Source: a virus
Strand: one strand, 5' to 3'
IMG/VR virus record: IMGVR_UViG_3300027747_001183
Length of the DNA: 64,000 nucleotides
Shown here piece after piece: positions 29,103 to 38,300 of the stretch (positions within the stretch are counted from its first letter, which is position 1; each line of letters starts with the position of its first letter). A program made the translations under genes and the position numbers. A model generated the notes under the pieces. It was not told the DNA's origin and did not search any database. It saw only the letters and a program-made list of their open reading frames with translations.

Positions 29103-29404
29103 GCTACTTCCCTTCCAACTGGACGACCTGCGTATTTTTCCATAGTATCATAGTACCAATCTTCGTTCTTATCGCGGAGAATTGCAAGAGGAGCTTTACC
29201 TTGGTCCAGAGCCATAAAGTAGCTTTCGACCGTGTGGTTAGCGATCAGCTCTTTCATGAATACAGCTTTAGTGAAAGCGCCTTTGTACTTAAAGCGAGCA
29301 ACGAACTTCTTACGCTTACCATTTTCTTCGCTACCATACATGAGATAGCCACCATGATACGAGAAGAGCTTCTTGTCGAAGCGGGTCGTGGGGATCAATT
29401 CCAT
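29099..29404 (-). CDS. Early hypothetical protein
   Basis: First gene after cassette promoter; FSYHGGYLMY..FVARFKY. Confidence 0.65.
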   Translation of the reverse strand: MELIPTTRFDKKLFSYHGGYLMYGSEENGKRKKFVARFKYKGAFTKAVFMKELIANHTVESYFMALDQGKAPLAILRDKNEDWYYDTMEKYAGRPVGREVA

Positions 29405-29414
29405 GTTCGTTCCT

Positions 29415-29515
29415 TTCCATTCCTTATATTATTAATATAAGCTAGATCGGAATAAAAGTACACAGTTTTTTTGAAAAAATAAGAACTTTTTTTTCTCAAT
29501 CTTTTCAAGGACTTA
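29415..29515 (-). promoter_or_regulatory. Repeated early-promoter cassette
   Basis: Near-identical to 5774-5873, including TAAGTCCTTGAAAAGATT and CTTATATT-att-AATATAAG. Confidence 0.8.
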
Positions 29516-30170
29516 TCAGGTCTAGGTCTTTCAGGGATGGGAACTGGTCCATCAGGAGGTACCAGCAGTCGGTGGCTACCATCCGGTGCTCTTTCTGTGT
29601 CCCAGCGGTCATCCGAAGCTGACAGTAGTGGATCCAAGAGCGGAGGGATCCAGCCATGTACATTCTGGAGACTGTAAGGCCTTCTGGAAGAACTGCACGC
29701 GCTTGTTCTTTTGCAATACCGTTTCTAATAGCCCAATCATATTCTTTTTGTGCATATTCTATTACTATCTTTTGACGCTCATTCCACATGTGTTTGAGCT
29801 CTGGATCGTCTTCAACTTCAATTGAGTTTTGTCTGTTCTTTGTATCTTGGAGACGGGCTTCACGAGTGACGAATCCAAGGTCCTTCGTAGGGTCTGCGTA
29901 CCTCTGAGAGAACTCTTGGAACGAGAAGCTACGGTGGCGTAGGATCTGACGAGCGATGTCTCGAGTCGTATTGATCTCCATCGTCACATGGACCATCTCG
30001 AACGGTGACCAGTGCTTGTTCTTGATCAGGTACTTGAGCAGCTTAGAAGCCGTCTCTGAGTTGTTCTGGTTAGACGGGTTGGATACCCGCGCCACGTAAG
30101 CGATGAACTCGTCGATTGTCATCGACTCATCGGTTGGCTTGCTGACTGCTATGACTCTCGCTGCGCTCAT
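29505..30170 (-). CDS. thyX: Flavin-dependent thymidylate synthase
   Basis: HWSPFE, RQILRHRSFSFQEFSQRY, EQARAVLP, TQKEH. Confidence 0.95.
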   Translation of the reverse strand: MSAARVIAVSKPTDESMTIDEFIAYVARVSNPSNQNNSETASKLLKYLIKNKHWSPFEMVHVTMEINTTRDIARQILRHRSFSFQEFSQRYADPTKDLGFVTREARLQDTKNRQNSIEVEDDPELKHMWNERQKIVIEYAQKEYDWAIRNGIAKEQARAVLPEGLTVSRMYMAGSLRSWIHYCQLRMTAGTQKEHRMVATDCWYLLMDQFPSLKDLDLISP

Positions 30171-30188
30171 GATAATTCCTTGAAAAGA

Positions 30189-30265
30189 TGGTGCGCACGG
30201 TGGGACTCGAACCCACAACCTCCGAATTTTAAGTCCGGTGACTCTACCGATTGGCCCACGTGCTC
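30189..30265 (-). tRNA. tRNA-Leu(TAA), short variable loop
   Basis: CCGGA-CT-TAA-AA-TTCGG; GGTTCGAGTCC; encoded CCA; A2:G71 mismatch. Confidence 0.85.
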
Positions 30266-30269
30266 ATAG

Positions 30270-30346
30270 TGGCGATCCCAGGTCGACTCGAACGACCAAC
30301 CTGCTGCTTAGAAGGCAGCTGCTCTGTCCAGTTGAGCTATGGGACC
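30270..30346 (-). tRNA. tRNA-Arg(TCT)
   Basis: GCTGC-CT-TCT-AA-GCAGC; full cloverleaf with CCA. Confidence 0.92.
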
Positions 30347-30386
30347 ATATTGATATATATTATAACCAGTCGCGAAAAATGTTAAC

Positions 30387-31088
30387 ATGTTTATAGATGA
30401 ACTAACTATAGTCAGTGCCTACTACTGTTTTTCACAGGATGAAGACACTTTCTTCTCAAAGCGAGTAAACGACTTTCTATTATTAAGAGATAAGTTCAAG
30501 CGACTTGAGATGATCGTGGTAGATGACGGCTCACCTTTTCCACTAGAGAATCCAAACATAGAAGGCGTAAGGATCTTTAGGGTAAAAGAAGACCTAGGAT
30601 TCAACTCACATGGATGCCGTAATCTAGGCATGAGTCAGATCAATACGGAATGGGGTCTACTAGTAGACCTTGATATTGACCTGATGTCACTCTATCCAGA
30701 GATAACTCAGATGGACTCTTCTAGAGACATCGTGCACCACTTTGCGCACAACGCTTTTTCTATACACATAGAAGCATTTAACAGCTGCCGTGGTTATGAC
30801 GAAGAGTTTGTCAACATGCACGACGGTGACAGGGTATTCATGGAGTACCTAAAGAAGAACTTTACATACAAGAGATCTAATGCGTCTACCGTCTTTATGA
30901 GAAACAAGAGAATGGTAGTTGCTATCGATATAGAAAAGACAAACTACGACGATCTTGAATACATATTTGAGCCGATAGAAAGAAGAAAGAGCTATAAGTT
31001 TTATGAGAGACTGGCCAAAGATAGATATGAAAAGAAAGACTTCTCTCAAAAGAAGACTATATGCTTTAAATGGGAAGAGGTGTTCTAG
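30387..31088 (+). CDS. Glycosyltransferase (GT-A, family 2/7-like)
   Basis: IVVDDGS, GFNSHGCRNLG, LVDLDID, GYDEEF. Confidence 0.8.
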   Translation: MFIDELTIVSAYYCFSQDEDTFFSKRVNDFLLLRDKFKRLEMIVVDDGSPFPLENPNIEGVRIFRVKEDLGFNSHGCRNLGMSQINTEWGLLVDLDIDLMSLYPEITQMDSSRDIVHHFAHNAFSIHIEAFNSCRGYDEEFVNMHDGDRVFMEYLKKNFTYKRSNASTVFMRNKRMVVAIDIEKTNYDDLEYIFEPIERRKSYKFYERLAKDRYEKKDFSQKKTICFKWEEVF

Positions 31089-31321
31089 TAAATACTAACA
31101 TCTAGATGTTCACGAAAGAACCTCTTTAGTTCTTTCTCAAAGAACTCAGGGGGCATAGTCTGATACGTCGTATACAATTCTCCTATAGTTGATTTAGGAG
31201 TGCTGACGTCTTCATCTTTACTATATACGATAAATCCACGATCTTCAAGTTCATTGATCAACTCATCGTCATCGCAGTCGCCTAGTTCTAGATCATCTAC
31301 CCAGACTTCTTGATACGGCAT
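31085..31321 (-). CDS. Hypothetical protein
   Basis: DDELINELEDRG motif; operon packing. Confidence 0.6.
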   Translation of the reverse strand: MPYQEVWVDDLELGDCDDDELINELEDRGFIVYSKDEDVSTPKSTIGELYTTYQTMPPEFFEKELKRFFREHLDVSIY

Positions 31322-31465
31322 TACTTATATCTCCTGTCGATCTCGCGTATCCTCTTTCTCAGGTACGCTACCACTACCTTGTCGACGAAGCCGTCCGGTG
31401 AGTGCAGGACGTTGTTTAGCTCGTCGGTGAACGCAGCTTTCTTGAGGGCATCTACTGAGTAGTTG

Positions 31466-31987
31466 TTAGTCCCAGAGTGCCTCGTAGTACTTACCAAAGA
31501 GTCTGAATCCATTAGACTTTCTAGCATTCCATTTCTCCCAACCCTCATGATCGAAGACGTGCGTATCGTTTGGTCCGCGCTTCATCTCAAACGCCTGCTT
31601 CTCTTCATCAGTCTCTTCTGGGTTCACTTTGACCCACTTGATGTCGTGCTCACCAGAATGGAACTGGTCCTCAGCTTTGTCGTCAAGCTTCTGCGCAAAC
31701 GCCCAGATCATCTCATCCAGTACCCACTTCCAGCGATCGTGATGAAGGGCATCTGTATCGTAGTCGTTTTCTTTAGGAGGTGCCGACGTTGAGCGGAACT
31801 CTTCAGGGACGTCCTCGTCGTCTACCCATGGAGAACCGTGCTTGTCTTCCTTGAGCTGCAGCAGGGCCGGATGGATAATGTAGGCGAGAGTATGGTCGAG
31901 AGACCACGTATCAAAGGGCTCGATCTTGACGGAGACCTTGCGCTCTCCGTTTATCTTCTTTGGGTACTTGCCGATGTTTACCTTCAT
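31466..31987 (-). CDS. Conserved T4-like hypothetical protein
   Basis: MKVNIG..DTWSLDHTLA..WVLDEMIWAF..GFRLFGKYYEALWD. Confidence 0.75.
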   Translation of the reverse strand: MKVNIGKYPKKINGERKVSVKIEPFDTWSLDHTLAYIIHPALLQLKEDKHGSPWVDDEDVPEEFRSTSAPPKENDYDTDALHHDRWKWVLDEMIWAFAQKLDDKAEDQFHSGEHDIKWVKVNPEETDEEKQAFEMKRGPNDTHVFDHEGWEKWNARKSNGFRLFGKYYEALWD

Positions 31988-32547
31988 TTGTAGAGCCTCG
32001 CTAGCGTGTGTCCGACTTTCTCTGCCTTCGAGAAGTGCCTGACTGCCCATGCATACCACTTCTCACGACCGTAGTAGTCATGGATGAAGATGACTGGGTC
32101 TTCTTTCGTTGAGAGGAACTTCATGAGGAATGCGGTAGCGCCGCGGGCAATACCGTCTACTAAGAAGATGTCGGCATCTAGGATCTTCTTGTTAGGAACC
32201 ATGTAGTCGTCTAGACCGTGCGGGTGCTCTTCCGTAATCGTAGCGTAGCCGTGCTCGAAGCCGTAGAGTTCTGGCTTGAAGAGGAACGTGAACCGCTTGT
32301 TGATGTCCGGCCGAGTATTGATGTACTCAGACACCTTCATCTGCCAAGAAGGGTTGTGCTCGATCGACGTGAGTGTCTGATCGCCAGTCATGGTTTCTAG
32401 CCACTTGACCGTTGATCCGCCGCAGCCCCACTCTACCATCTTGCCGTCCGACGGCATGTTCTTGATGCAGCCGGTGATGTACTCGACCTCGTCCGGCTGC
32501 ATCTGTATCTCTGTCATTGGACCATAGTTTACTGGAATGCTCATCAT
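31984..32547 (-). CDS. Class I SAM-dependent methyltransferase-like protein
   Basis: VEWGCGGST, SIEHN, FLVDGIAR, FIHDY. Confidence 0.75.
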   Translation of the reverse strand: MMSIPVNYGPMTEIQMQPDEVEYITGCIKNMPSDGKMVEWGCGGSTVKWLETMTGDQTLTSIEHNPSWQMKVSEYINTRPDINKRFTFLFKPELYGFEHGYATITEEHPHGLDDYMVPNKKILDADIFLVDGIARGATAFLMKFLSTKEDPVIFIHDYYGREKWYAWAVRHFSKAEKVGHTLARLYK

Positions 32548-32562
32548 TATCACTTTCTTTTT

Positions 32563-32636
32563 TGGTTGCGCAGCTAGGAGTTGCACCTAGAATTTTAGGG
32601 TATGAGCCTAATGTGATACTGTTTCACTACCGCGCG
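32563..32636 (-). tRNA. tRNA-Met(CAT), initiator-like
   Basis: C1:A72 mismatch; TTAGG-CT-CAT-AC-CCTAA; T-loop TGCAACT; CCA. Confidence 0.8.
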
Positions 32637-32643
32637 TCAATCT

Positions 32644-33009
32644 TTAGGCATCACGGGAGATAAAGTGCTGCCTGATCTTCTGTGGCTTAAAGTACTCATT
32701 GACCAAATCAATCACCGTATTTACATCATAAGGCTTGCAGCTGAAAATGTCAATATAAAAGTTGCCGTCGTTCTCACAGAAGTGTCCAGTGATGTTCGAC
32801 GTCTCGATCATCTGGCAGAAGCTGATACCAGCCTTGTCTGCTGCGTGAGTAGCGAAGCGCTCGATCCATGGCTCGCCAAACGCGACCATGTCGATGTCGT
32901 ATACGAGAGTCGTGATGAATTCTTTGACGTTCTGCTTCGATGAGATTAGGTCTTTGTCTCCGGCAGTGCAGTCGAGAAGTAGGTGGTAGCCCCATGTGCT
33001 AGTTGACAT
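32644..33009 (-). CDS. speD: S-adenosylmethionine decarboxylase proenzyme
   Basis: WGYHLLLD, IETSNITGH cleavage-site region, YIDIFSCK. Confidence 0.85.
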   Translation of the reverse strand: MSTSTWGYHLLLDCTAGDKDLISSKQNVKEFITTLVYDIDMVAFGEPWIERFATHAADKAGISFCQMIETSNITGHFCENDGNFYIDIFSCKPYDVNTVIDLVNEYFKPQKIRQHFISRDA

Positions 33010-33041
33010 ATCGTTGTTTCCTTTTAAAGATAGGGTGTAAT

Positions 33042-33845
33042 TTATTTGTTACAGACTGTCTTCTTGTCGGCCGCTACCTTACCGGTATCCACCTTAGGGA
33101 ATTCATTCTTATTAGTCTTAGAGTCGGGTGTAGGAAAAGTGATGCCGGAAGCCTTCTCAACGTCGGCTACCGTAACTTGATATTTAATGTAGTCTGCATC
33201 GATGTTTACGATGTTCGGCATAATAAACGCGTATGACTGTCGAGTATTGTTATCGACTAAGATCTTATACAGTGAGTCCGGAACGACTACCTTGTTCTTT
33301 CCGATGGTCTTAGAAGATGCGGTATAGATGTTGCCGGCATAGATAGTTACTATATGGTTGAGGTCGTGGGATACGGCGCGCTCTTGAGTCTCGAGCATCT
33401 TCCATGTTCCTCGATTTACTGTAGGTAGCTGCGGTGACATGTTCGACATGATGAAGGACTCTCGAGCTACTGCTGGGTCCCACGACATGTCGGCGTTGTT
33501 TGCTAGGTGTCCTTGATCATAGCCAGAACCAGCGTAGTCCTGAGGAGTAGAGCGCTGGTCTTCAGGAAGAGACTGGTCAGCGGCAAAGGCGTCGTCGCGC
33601 TCTACACATCCTATGGAGTGCTTAGGAGTGAGCGTCCATGCTACCCAGCGAGGGATCTTTGCGGCTGGATCGTGCATGAGAATGTAGGCTCTCCTGCAGA
33701 TGACCGGGTTCTTGGCCACCATGGTAGGCATACCATAAGGCAGCTGATCAGCACATGCAGCTTGCATTCTAGGTGGCGCTTGTTCTGCGGCAATTGAAAT
33801 TGCAGGAAATAACGCTGCAATTAGCACGAACAGTAACTTCATCAT
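33042..33845 (-). CDS. Secreted DNA/RNA non-specific endonuclease (NucA/EndA-like)
   Basis: Signal peptide; YDQGHLA, SNMSPQ..NRGTW..E. Confidence 0.9.
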   Translation of the reverse strand: MMKLLFVLIAALFPAISIAAEQAPPRMQAACADQLPYGMPTMVAKNPVICRRAYILMHDPAAKIPRWVAWTLTPKHSIGCVERDDAFAADQSLPEDQRSTPQDYAGSGYDQGHLANNADMSWDPAVARESFIMSNMSPQLPTVNRGTWKMLETQERAVSHDLNHIVTIYAGNIYTASSKTIGKNKVVVPDSLYKILVDNNTRQSYAFIMPNIVNIDADYIKYQVTVADVEKASGITFPTPDSKTNKNEFPKVDTGKVAADKKTVCNK

Positions 33846-33864
33846 TTTTTTTATTCTCCATGAT

Positions 33865-33892
33865 GAAAGAGGGGAGTACTGCTCCCCTCTTC
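33865..33892 (-). terminator. Intrinsic terminator
   Basis: AGAGGGGAG/CTCCCCTCT stem after SLT gene. Confidence 0.7.
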
Positions 33893-33896
33893 ACGA

Positions 33897-34325
33897 TTAA
33901 TTCATTAACTTGAGAACACGCTTACAATAAGCAGTAGGTCTCTTAGGTTTAGCAGTGCTTCCACTGCTGTATATGGCTAAAGCGTAGCATACGTCGTTTT
34001 CGGCGATGTCTAGCGCTTCTCTCAGGTACAACATACTGTAGGTGAGGTTGATTTCAGGGTCACTCAACCCATCACACTTACCGTTGTAACCCATCTTCTT
34101 TGCAGTACTGCAGAGAATCTGACCAAGCCCATATTCTCCCCTCTGGCCTCTCACCTTTGGATTGTTTGTAGACTCAATATGTACAATTGCTTCTGCTAGC
34201 TTGTATGGAACGCTGTATCTTTCGGAGTATGTCTTTACTAGATTTTCGATGTCTGCGGCGTATGTGTTTGATGCAGAAACAAACATACTAAACCCTATAG
34301 CTAGGGTCAATAGTAGTTTCTTCAT
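33897..34325 (-). CDS. Lytic transglycosylase (SLT) with signal peptide
   Basis: AIVHIES, GEYGLGQI, DPEINL. Confidence 0.85.
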   Translation of the reverse strand: MKKLLLTLAIGFSMFVSASNTYAADIENLVKTYSERYSVPYKLAEAIVHIESTNNPKVRGQRGEYGLGQILCSTAKKMGYNGKCDGLSDPEINLTYSMLYLREALDIAENDVCYALAIYSSGSTAKPKRPTAYCKRVLKLMN

Positions 34326-34403
34326 TTCTTCTCCTTAGTGTTGACGACGGGACTACTTAGTCCGGCCGCTTCTCGCATCGAAGAAAAGATGCGGTAACTT
34401 TAT

Positions 34404-35309
34404 TTATAACCACTTTTCTACCTTGATGTCATCTGCGCATGGACATTCTTTCATCCTGCAGACGGTAGGTTTTAGATCGAATATATCAGTATCAAATACT
34501 ATATTTCCAATCTTTGGGTCGTTGGAACATGAAGCCCTATATATGTCTCCATTTGCTCTTATATAGAAACGAGTAACTCCGGCATTGCAGGTCCAGCCTT
34601 TAAACTTATAGTCTTCGTTGTACATGATGCTAATCATATCTAGCTTTTGTTCATCTAGATAGATCTCAGTTACTTTTTTTGTGGGAGGGTGCTTGGCATT
34701 ATTATATGAGAACTCATGAAATTCTTCTATTGGTAACTTTGACTTATTGCTTATTACTCGATCTTTAACGGAGTTGCCTGCTCTGGAATCGATTACTTTT
34801 AGCTTGCATGTCAGATGCAAGCTATTGTCTTTTATAAAAGACAGCAGTTCTTTGTTCCTATCATGTATATCGGCATCTCCTAGTAGAAAAACGTGAACGC
34901 TTATTTCACCCGTTGCTATAGTGCTTAGTACTCGTTTAAAGTGTTCTATATCGGCTTCTGGATGAAATGATAGAGTTACGTGATTTAGCTTCTCGTAGTT
35001 TCTCTTCCACCACTCGACTGTTCGACTCCCATTTGATGACAGTTCAATCTCTAGGTTGTCTGGCTTTGCGTCTATAAAATCTTGAAGCTTTGGCCAGAGA
35101 GAAGGCTCTCCACCCTGTATATCAAGGACTACGTGCTCTTTATTCTCACACATGGCCTTAAAGAAGTCGATCGACGCCTGTAAGTCTGGCCAACGATATC
35201 TACCATTATGAAAGTAGTCATCGCAGTACCAGCATGAGTAGTTACACACGGTGGTGAGTTCCCATGTGACTAGCGTAGTTTTAGGTCTGTTGACTCTAAG
35301 GCGTCTCAG
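34404..35309 (-). CDS. Radical SAM protein (probable CTG start)
   Basis: VTWELTTVCNYSCWYC, QGGEPS, SSNGSR, LSFH, WTCNAG..C..CPC. Confidence 0.85.
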   Translation of the reverse strand: MRRLRVNRPKTTLVTWELTTVCNYSCWYCDDYFHNGRYRWPDLQASIDFFKAMCENKEHVVLDIQGGEPSLWPKLQDFIDAKPDNLEIELSSNGSRTVEWWKRNYEKLNHVTLSFHPEADIEHFKRVLSTIATGEISVHVFLLGDADIHDRNKELLSFIKDNSLHLTCKLKVIDSRAGNSVKDRVISNKSKLPIEEFHEFSYNNAKHPPTKKVTEIYLDEQKLDMISIMYNEDYKFKGWTCNAGVTRFYIRANGDIYRASCSNDPKIGNIVFDTDIFDLKPTVCRMKECPCADDIKVEKWL

Positions 35310-35327
35310 AGTTAACTCTCCAATTTT

Positions 35328-35404
<77 letters not shown>

Positions 35405-35534
35405 TTGTTTAGAGTAGAACTTATTGTAGAAGTAGATCTTTGCCATGTCAGCAGACAGGTACCAAAAGCGGTTCTTCTCATCCTTATTTAAGGAGTCGAA
35501 CCACTTCCAGAATGCGCTGTTGAAAGCTGGATCT

Positions 35535-35807
35535 TTATCCATAAGTAAAGTAGTCATCGTAGTACCGATGAATGTAGATATCGAAGTGCTGAGAGTGCTC
35601 ATGGAGAACTGAGTAGCAGCTTCGGCCGCGGTATAGCTCACTGAAAGGATTGTTCTTTCCGAGGCGTCCCTTGATAGAGACTCTCCAGCGGTACTGTGGA
35701 TTTGAGTTTTCAGCATTCAGTTGCCGGACTTGATTCCGAACTTGTTGTACTAGAGAGTCATCTTTAGAGAAGACTGTACCTTTATATGCTGGAGTCCGTT
35801 GTTTCAT
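35535..35807 (-). CDS. Early hypothetical protein
   Basis: First gene after cassette promoter. Confidence 0.6.
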   Translation of the reverse strand: MKQRTPAYKGTVFSKDDSLVQQVRNQVRQLNAENSNPQYRWRVSIKGRLGKNNPFSELYRGRSCYSVLHEHSQHFDIYIHRYYDDYFTYG

Positions 35808-35819
35808 GTGATGTATCCT

Positions 35820-35902
35820 TTCCATTCCTTATATTCTTAATATAAGCTAAAATAGAATAAAAGTACACAGTTTTTTTCAAAAAATAAGCCATTGAAAAGA
35901 TT
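35820..35902 (-). promoter_or_regulatory. Repeated early-promoter cassette
   Basis: GTGTAC/TATATT; TAAGCCATTGAAAAGATT at 35885-35902. Confidence 0.8.
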
Positions 35903-35913
35903 AGGCTTTTTGT

Positions 35914-35988
35914 TGGAGCGGGCAAAGGGATTTGAACCCTCGACATTCAGTTTGGAAGACTGACGCTCTACCCCTGAGCTATACCCGC
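35914..35988 (-). tRNA. tRNA-Gly(TCC)
   Basis: TCAGT-CT-TCC-AA-ACTGA; CCA. Confidence 0.92.
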
Positions 35989-35991
35989 GAA

Positions 35992-36756
35992 TTATTTTTC
36001 TATTTTATGTCCATCGATTATAGGCTTGCGGGCAATCTTTGATATCTCAAGTAAATGCCCAGAACCTATTGTATATAGTCCGTTGGGTGATTGAGTTACA
36101 ACCCATTTATCTCGAAAGTCGTTTGCCTTTTTAGCAACCTTGCCAGCAGGGTTTGGATAACTATCCCAATTAGAAGGCCACATTTCACTATCACCTAGTT
36201 TAAGAAATGCCACAGCATTTTCACTAGTCGCCATTGTTTTTTTTGCTATATCTAAAAAATCTATTTTTTTACTAGGGTTACTAATACTTTTTAAAAACTT
36301 ATCAACAGTTGTTCGTGTTGGTGGGATTTTTTTCATAGAAGATATTTTATAACCAGCTTTAACCATAGCTTCATATAAGGTTAATTTGGGGTTTGTAATA
36401 TAACTACTAATCGATTCTGGTGGTTTGTTTGAAAACAAAGCGTATAAAAACTCTGGTGGGTGTGTTGATAAAGATTTAACAGCCATATCATCAAAACCAT
36501 TTTTGTATTTGCCAAATAAAGGTTCTATAATTTTTTGATCTGGTCCACCAGCAGGACCTTCATAGTACATACCAAGCTTTACTATAGGCAACAACCTATC
36601 AATCAAATCTTCTGATAATAAAGGCAATGTGCCATGATCCATACCAACAAATGCTTTGTTATCTGATATAAAAATAACACCTTGAGGTGCAAATTTAAAT
36701 TTACCAGAAAGATTGTTATTTTTTAAATATTTGGTTAAGCCAGTACTAAGTGCCAT
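35992..36756 (-). CDS. AT-rich hypothetical protein, possibly TraB/TIKI/EreA superfamily
   Basis: FVGMDHG, YYEG, FRD, IGSGHL. Confidence 0.5.
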   Translation of the reverse strand: MALSTGLTKYLKNNNLSGKFKFAPQGVIFISDNKAFVGMDHGTLPLLSEDLIDRLLPIVKLGMYYEGPAGGPDQKIIEPLFGKYKNGFDDMAVKSLSTHPPEFLYALFSNKPPESISSYITNPKLTLYEAMVKAGYKISSMKKIPPTRTTVDKFLKSISNPSKKIDFLDIAKKTMATSENAVAFLKLGDSEMWPSNWDSYPNPAGKVAKKANDFRDKWVVTQSPNGLYTIGSGHLLEISKIARKPIIDGHKIEK

Positions 36757-36909
36757 AACATTTTCCTTTAAAAATTATCGGTTGAAAGATAAAAACTCAT
36801 TGAATAAGGTGCGCGTCGTCTACTAGCCACTTGATGAGTAGCACCAACCATAGGATCTTCACTAGGTTGTCTATAACGAACGTGTACCTTTTATATAGCT
36901 TTCTAAACA

Positions 36910-37335
36910 TTACCCGATAGCCGCCCTCTTTCTAAGGTCAGTCGTAGAGAATCGATGCTTTCTGCTGTTGTAGAAGATCGATATGTTTTTGTCCATGCAG
37001 AACTGCTTGCCCGTAAAGTCGCGACCCGTGTACTCCTCACCGACGAATCGGATGTTGATAGGGAGGGCCGCGAGCAGGTCCAGAAGGTCCTGCTCAGTCG
37101 TGTAGGGGATCACCTCGTCTACCGGAGCGCATGCCCGCACTTGGATGAACCGCTCTACTATAGACTGAGCAGGCTTGTTCTTGGTGTCTGGCCGGTCGAT
37201 AGTAGGATCAGTCTGCAGTCCTACGATCAGCCAGTCACAGTAGTTCTTGCACTCCTCGAGCATGAGGACGTGGCCTGCATGCAGAAGGTCAAAGGTCGAG
37301 CACGTAAAGCCCACAGTAACATTCTCTATTCTCAT
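36910..37335 (-). CDS. Glycerol-3-phosphate cytidylyltransferase-like protein (TagD family)
   Basis: TFDLLHAGH, IVGLQTD, RKHRFSTT. Confidence 0.85.
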   Translation of the reverse strand: MRIENVTVGFTCSTFDLLHAGHVLMLEECKNYCDWLIVGLQTDPTIDRPDTKNKPAQSIVERFIQVRACAPVDEVIPYTTEQDLLDLLAALPINIRFVGEEYTGRDFTGKQFCMDKNISIFYNSRKHRFSTTDLRKRAAIG

Positions 37336-37350
37336 CTCACTTCTCCATAA

Positions 37351-37827
37351 TCACGCAGCTAGTATGCTCTTTAACCTATCAGCAGCATAAGAAGCAGCAA
37401 AAGCGTTTGGCTTAACAAGAGGCACCACATTACACATACCACGAATATATCCTGTTGATTCATTGATGACACAGCTAGAGCCGTGGTGCTCATCAGGGTT
37501 AATATCGAGATGTACTTCGACATATCGATCCTCCAGTACGTCTGCGAGCTTCATGTAGAGCTCGGCGATCTTATATACCTCGTTCATCAGGCGAAAGCGT
37601 GGCTTGTCTTTCTGCTGGTCAAAGTCCCTCTCGCGGACTACCTCGCCAAAGATCTTACAGCCGCGGTTACCGTTGTAGTGGATAACGACTGCCAGTGTAT
37701 AGTCAGCATGCCAGACGCCGTCTATCATGAATCGTTCCGAGTCCCCACCGAGATAGATCTTTGTCTCTGGTGACTGTGCATTGATAAACTCTGCAACTTC
37801 TTGGATGTTCATCTCTTGGCGTAGCAT
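37351..37827 (-). CDS. RNase H-like YkuK family protein
   Basis: IYLGGDS, RLMNEV, EVHLDIN, KPNAFAASYAAD. Confidence 0.8.
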   Translation of the reverse strand: MLRQEMNIQEVAEFINAQSPETKIYLGGDSERFMIDGVWHADYTLAVVIHYNGNRGCKIFGEVVRERDFDQQKDKPRFRLMNEVYKIAELYMKLADVLEDRYVEVHLDINPDEHHGSSCVINESTGYIRGMCNVVPLVKPNAFAASYAADRLKSILAA

Positions 37828-37832
37828 ATTTT

Positions 37833-38033
37833 TTACTCTTTTAACATTCTATTTATAGTTACATTTTTTTGTATTCTTATTTCTCTATTACTCCAAGTCC
37901 AGCATTCGCTTGAATCATCTTGAAAGCAAACCCATAATAGATCATGTTCCATACCGTAGTCTATAATAAAATGAGCCCAAGCATTTCCCTTGGGGGTAGT
38001 TAGAGGAAGAGGAGATGATAGCTGAATAATCAT
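37833..38033 (-). CDS. Hypothetical protein
   Basis: TPKG..IDYG..WVCF..CWTW..IRIQKN. Confidence 0.65.
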   Translation of the reverse strand: MIIQLSSPLPLTTPKGNAWAHFIIDYGMEHDLLWVCFQDDSSECWTWSNREIRIQKNVTINRMLKE

Positions 38034-38047
38034 ATATTATCCTGAAT

Positions 38048-38121
38048 TGGCTGGGGATCAAGGACTCGAACCTCAAATAACGGAGTCAGAGTCCGCTGTT
38101 ATACCATTTAACTAATCCCCA
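38048..38121 (-). tRNA. tRNA-Gln(CTG)
   Basis: GCGGA-CT-CTG-AC-TCCGT; CCA. Confidence 0.92.
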
Positions 38122-38127
38122 AAGTAT

Positions 38128-38202
38128 TGGAGCGGAGAATGGGGGTCGAACCCACGACATTCTGCTTGGCAAGCAGATGCTCTACCACTGAGCTACCTCC
38201 GC
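38128..38202 (-). tRNA. tRNA-Gly(GCC)
   Basis: TCTGC-TT-GCC-AA-GCAGA; CCA. Confidence 0.92.
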
Positions 38203-38218
38203 ATATTCTATTTAATAT

Positions 38219-38295
38219 TGGTGCCCTAGGAGAGACTCGAACTCCCAACATCCGGAACCTAAACCCGGCGCCTCTACCAATTGGACTACTAGGGC
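38219..38295 (-). tRNA. tRNA-Leu(TAG), short variable loop
   Basis: CCGGG-TT-TAG-GT-TCCGG; CCA. Confidence 0.88.
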
Positions 38296-38300
38296 ATTGA

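Noticed and set aside
36830-36840. CTTGATGAG as a hammerhead ribozyme core
   Set aside because: Does not match CUGANGA, and no correctly placed GAAA
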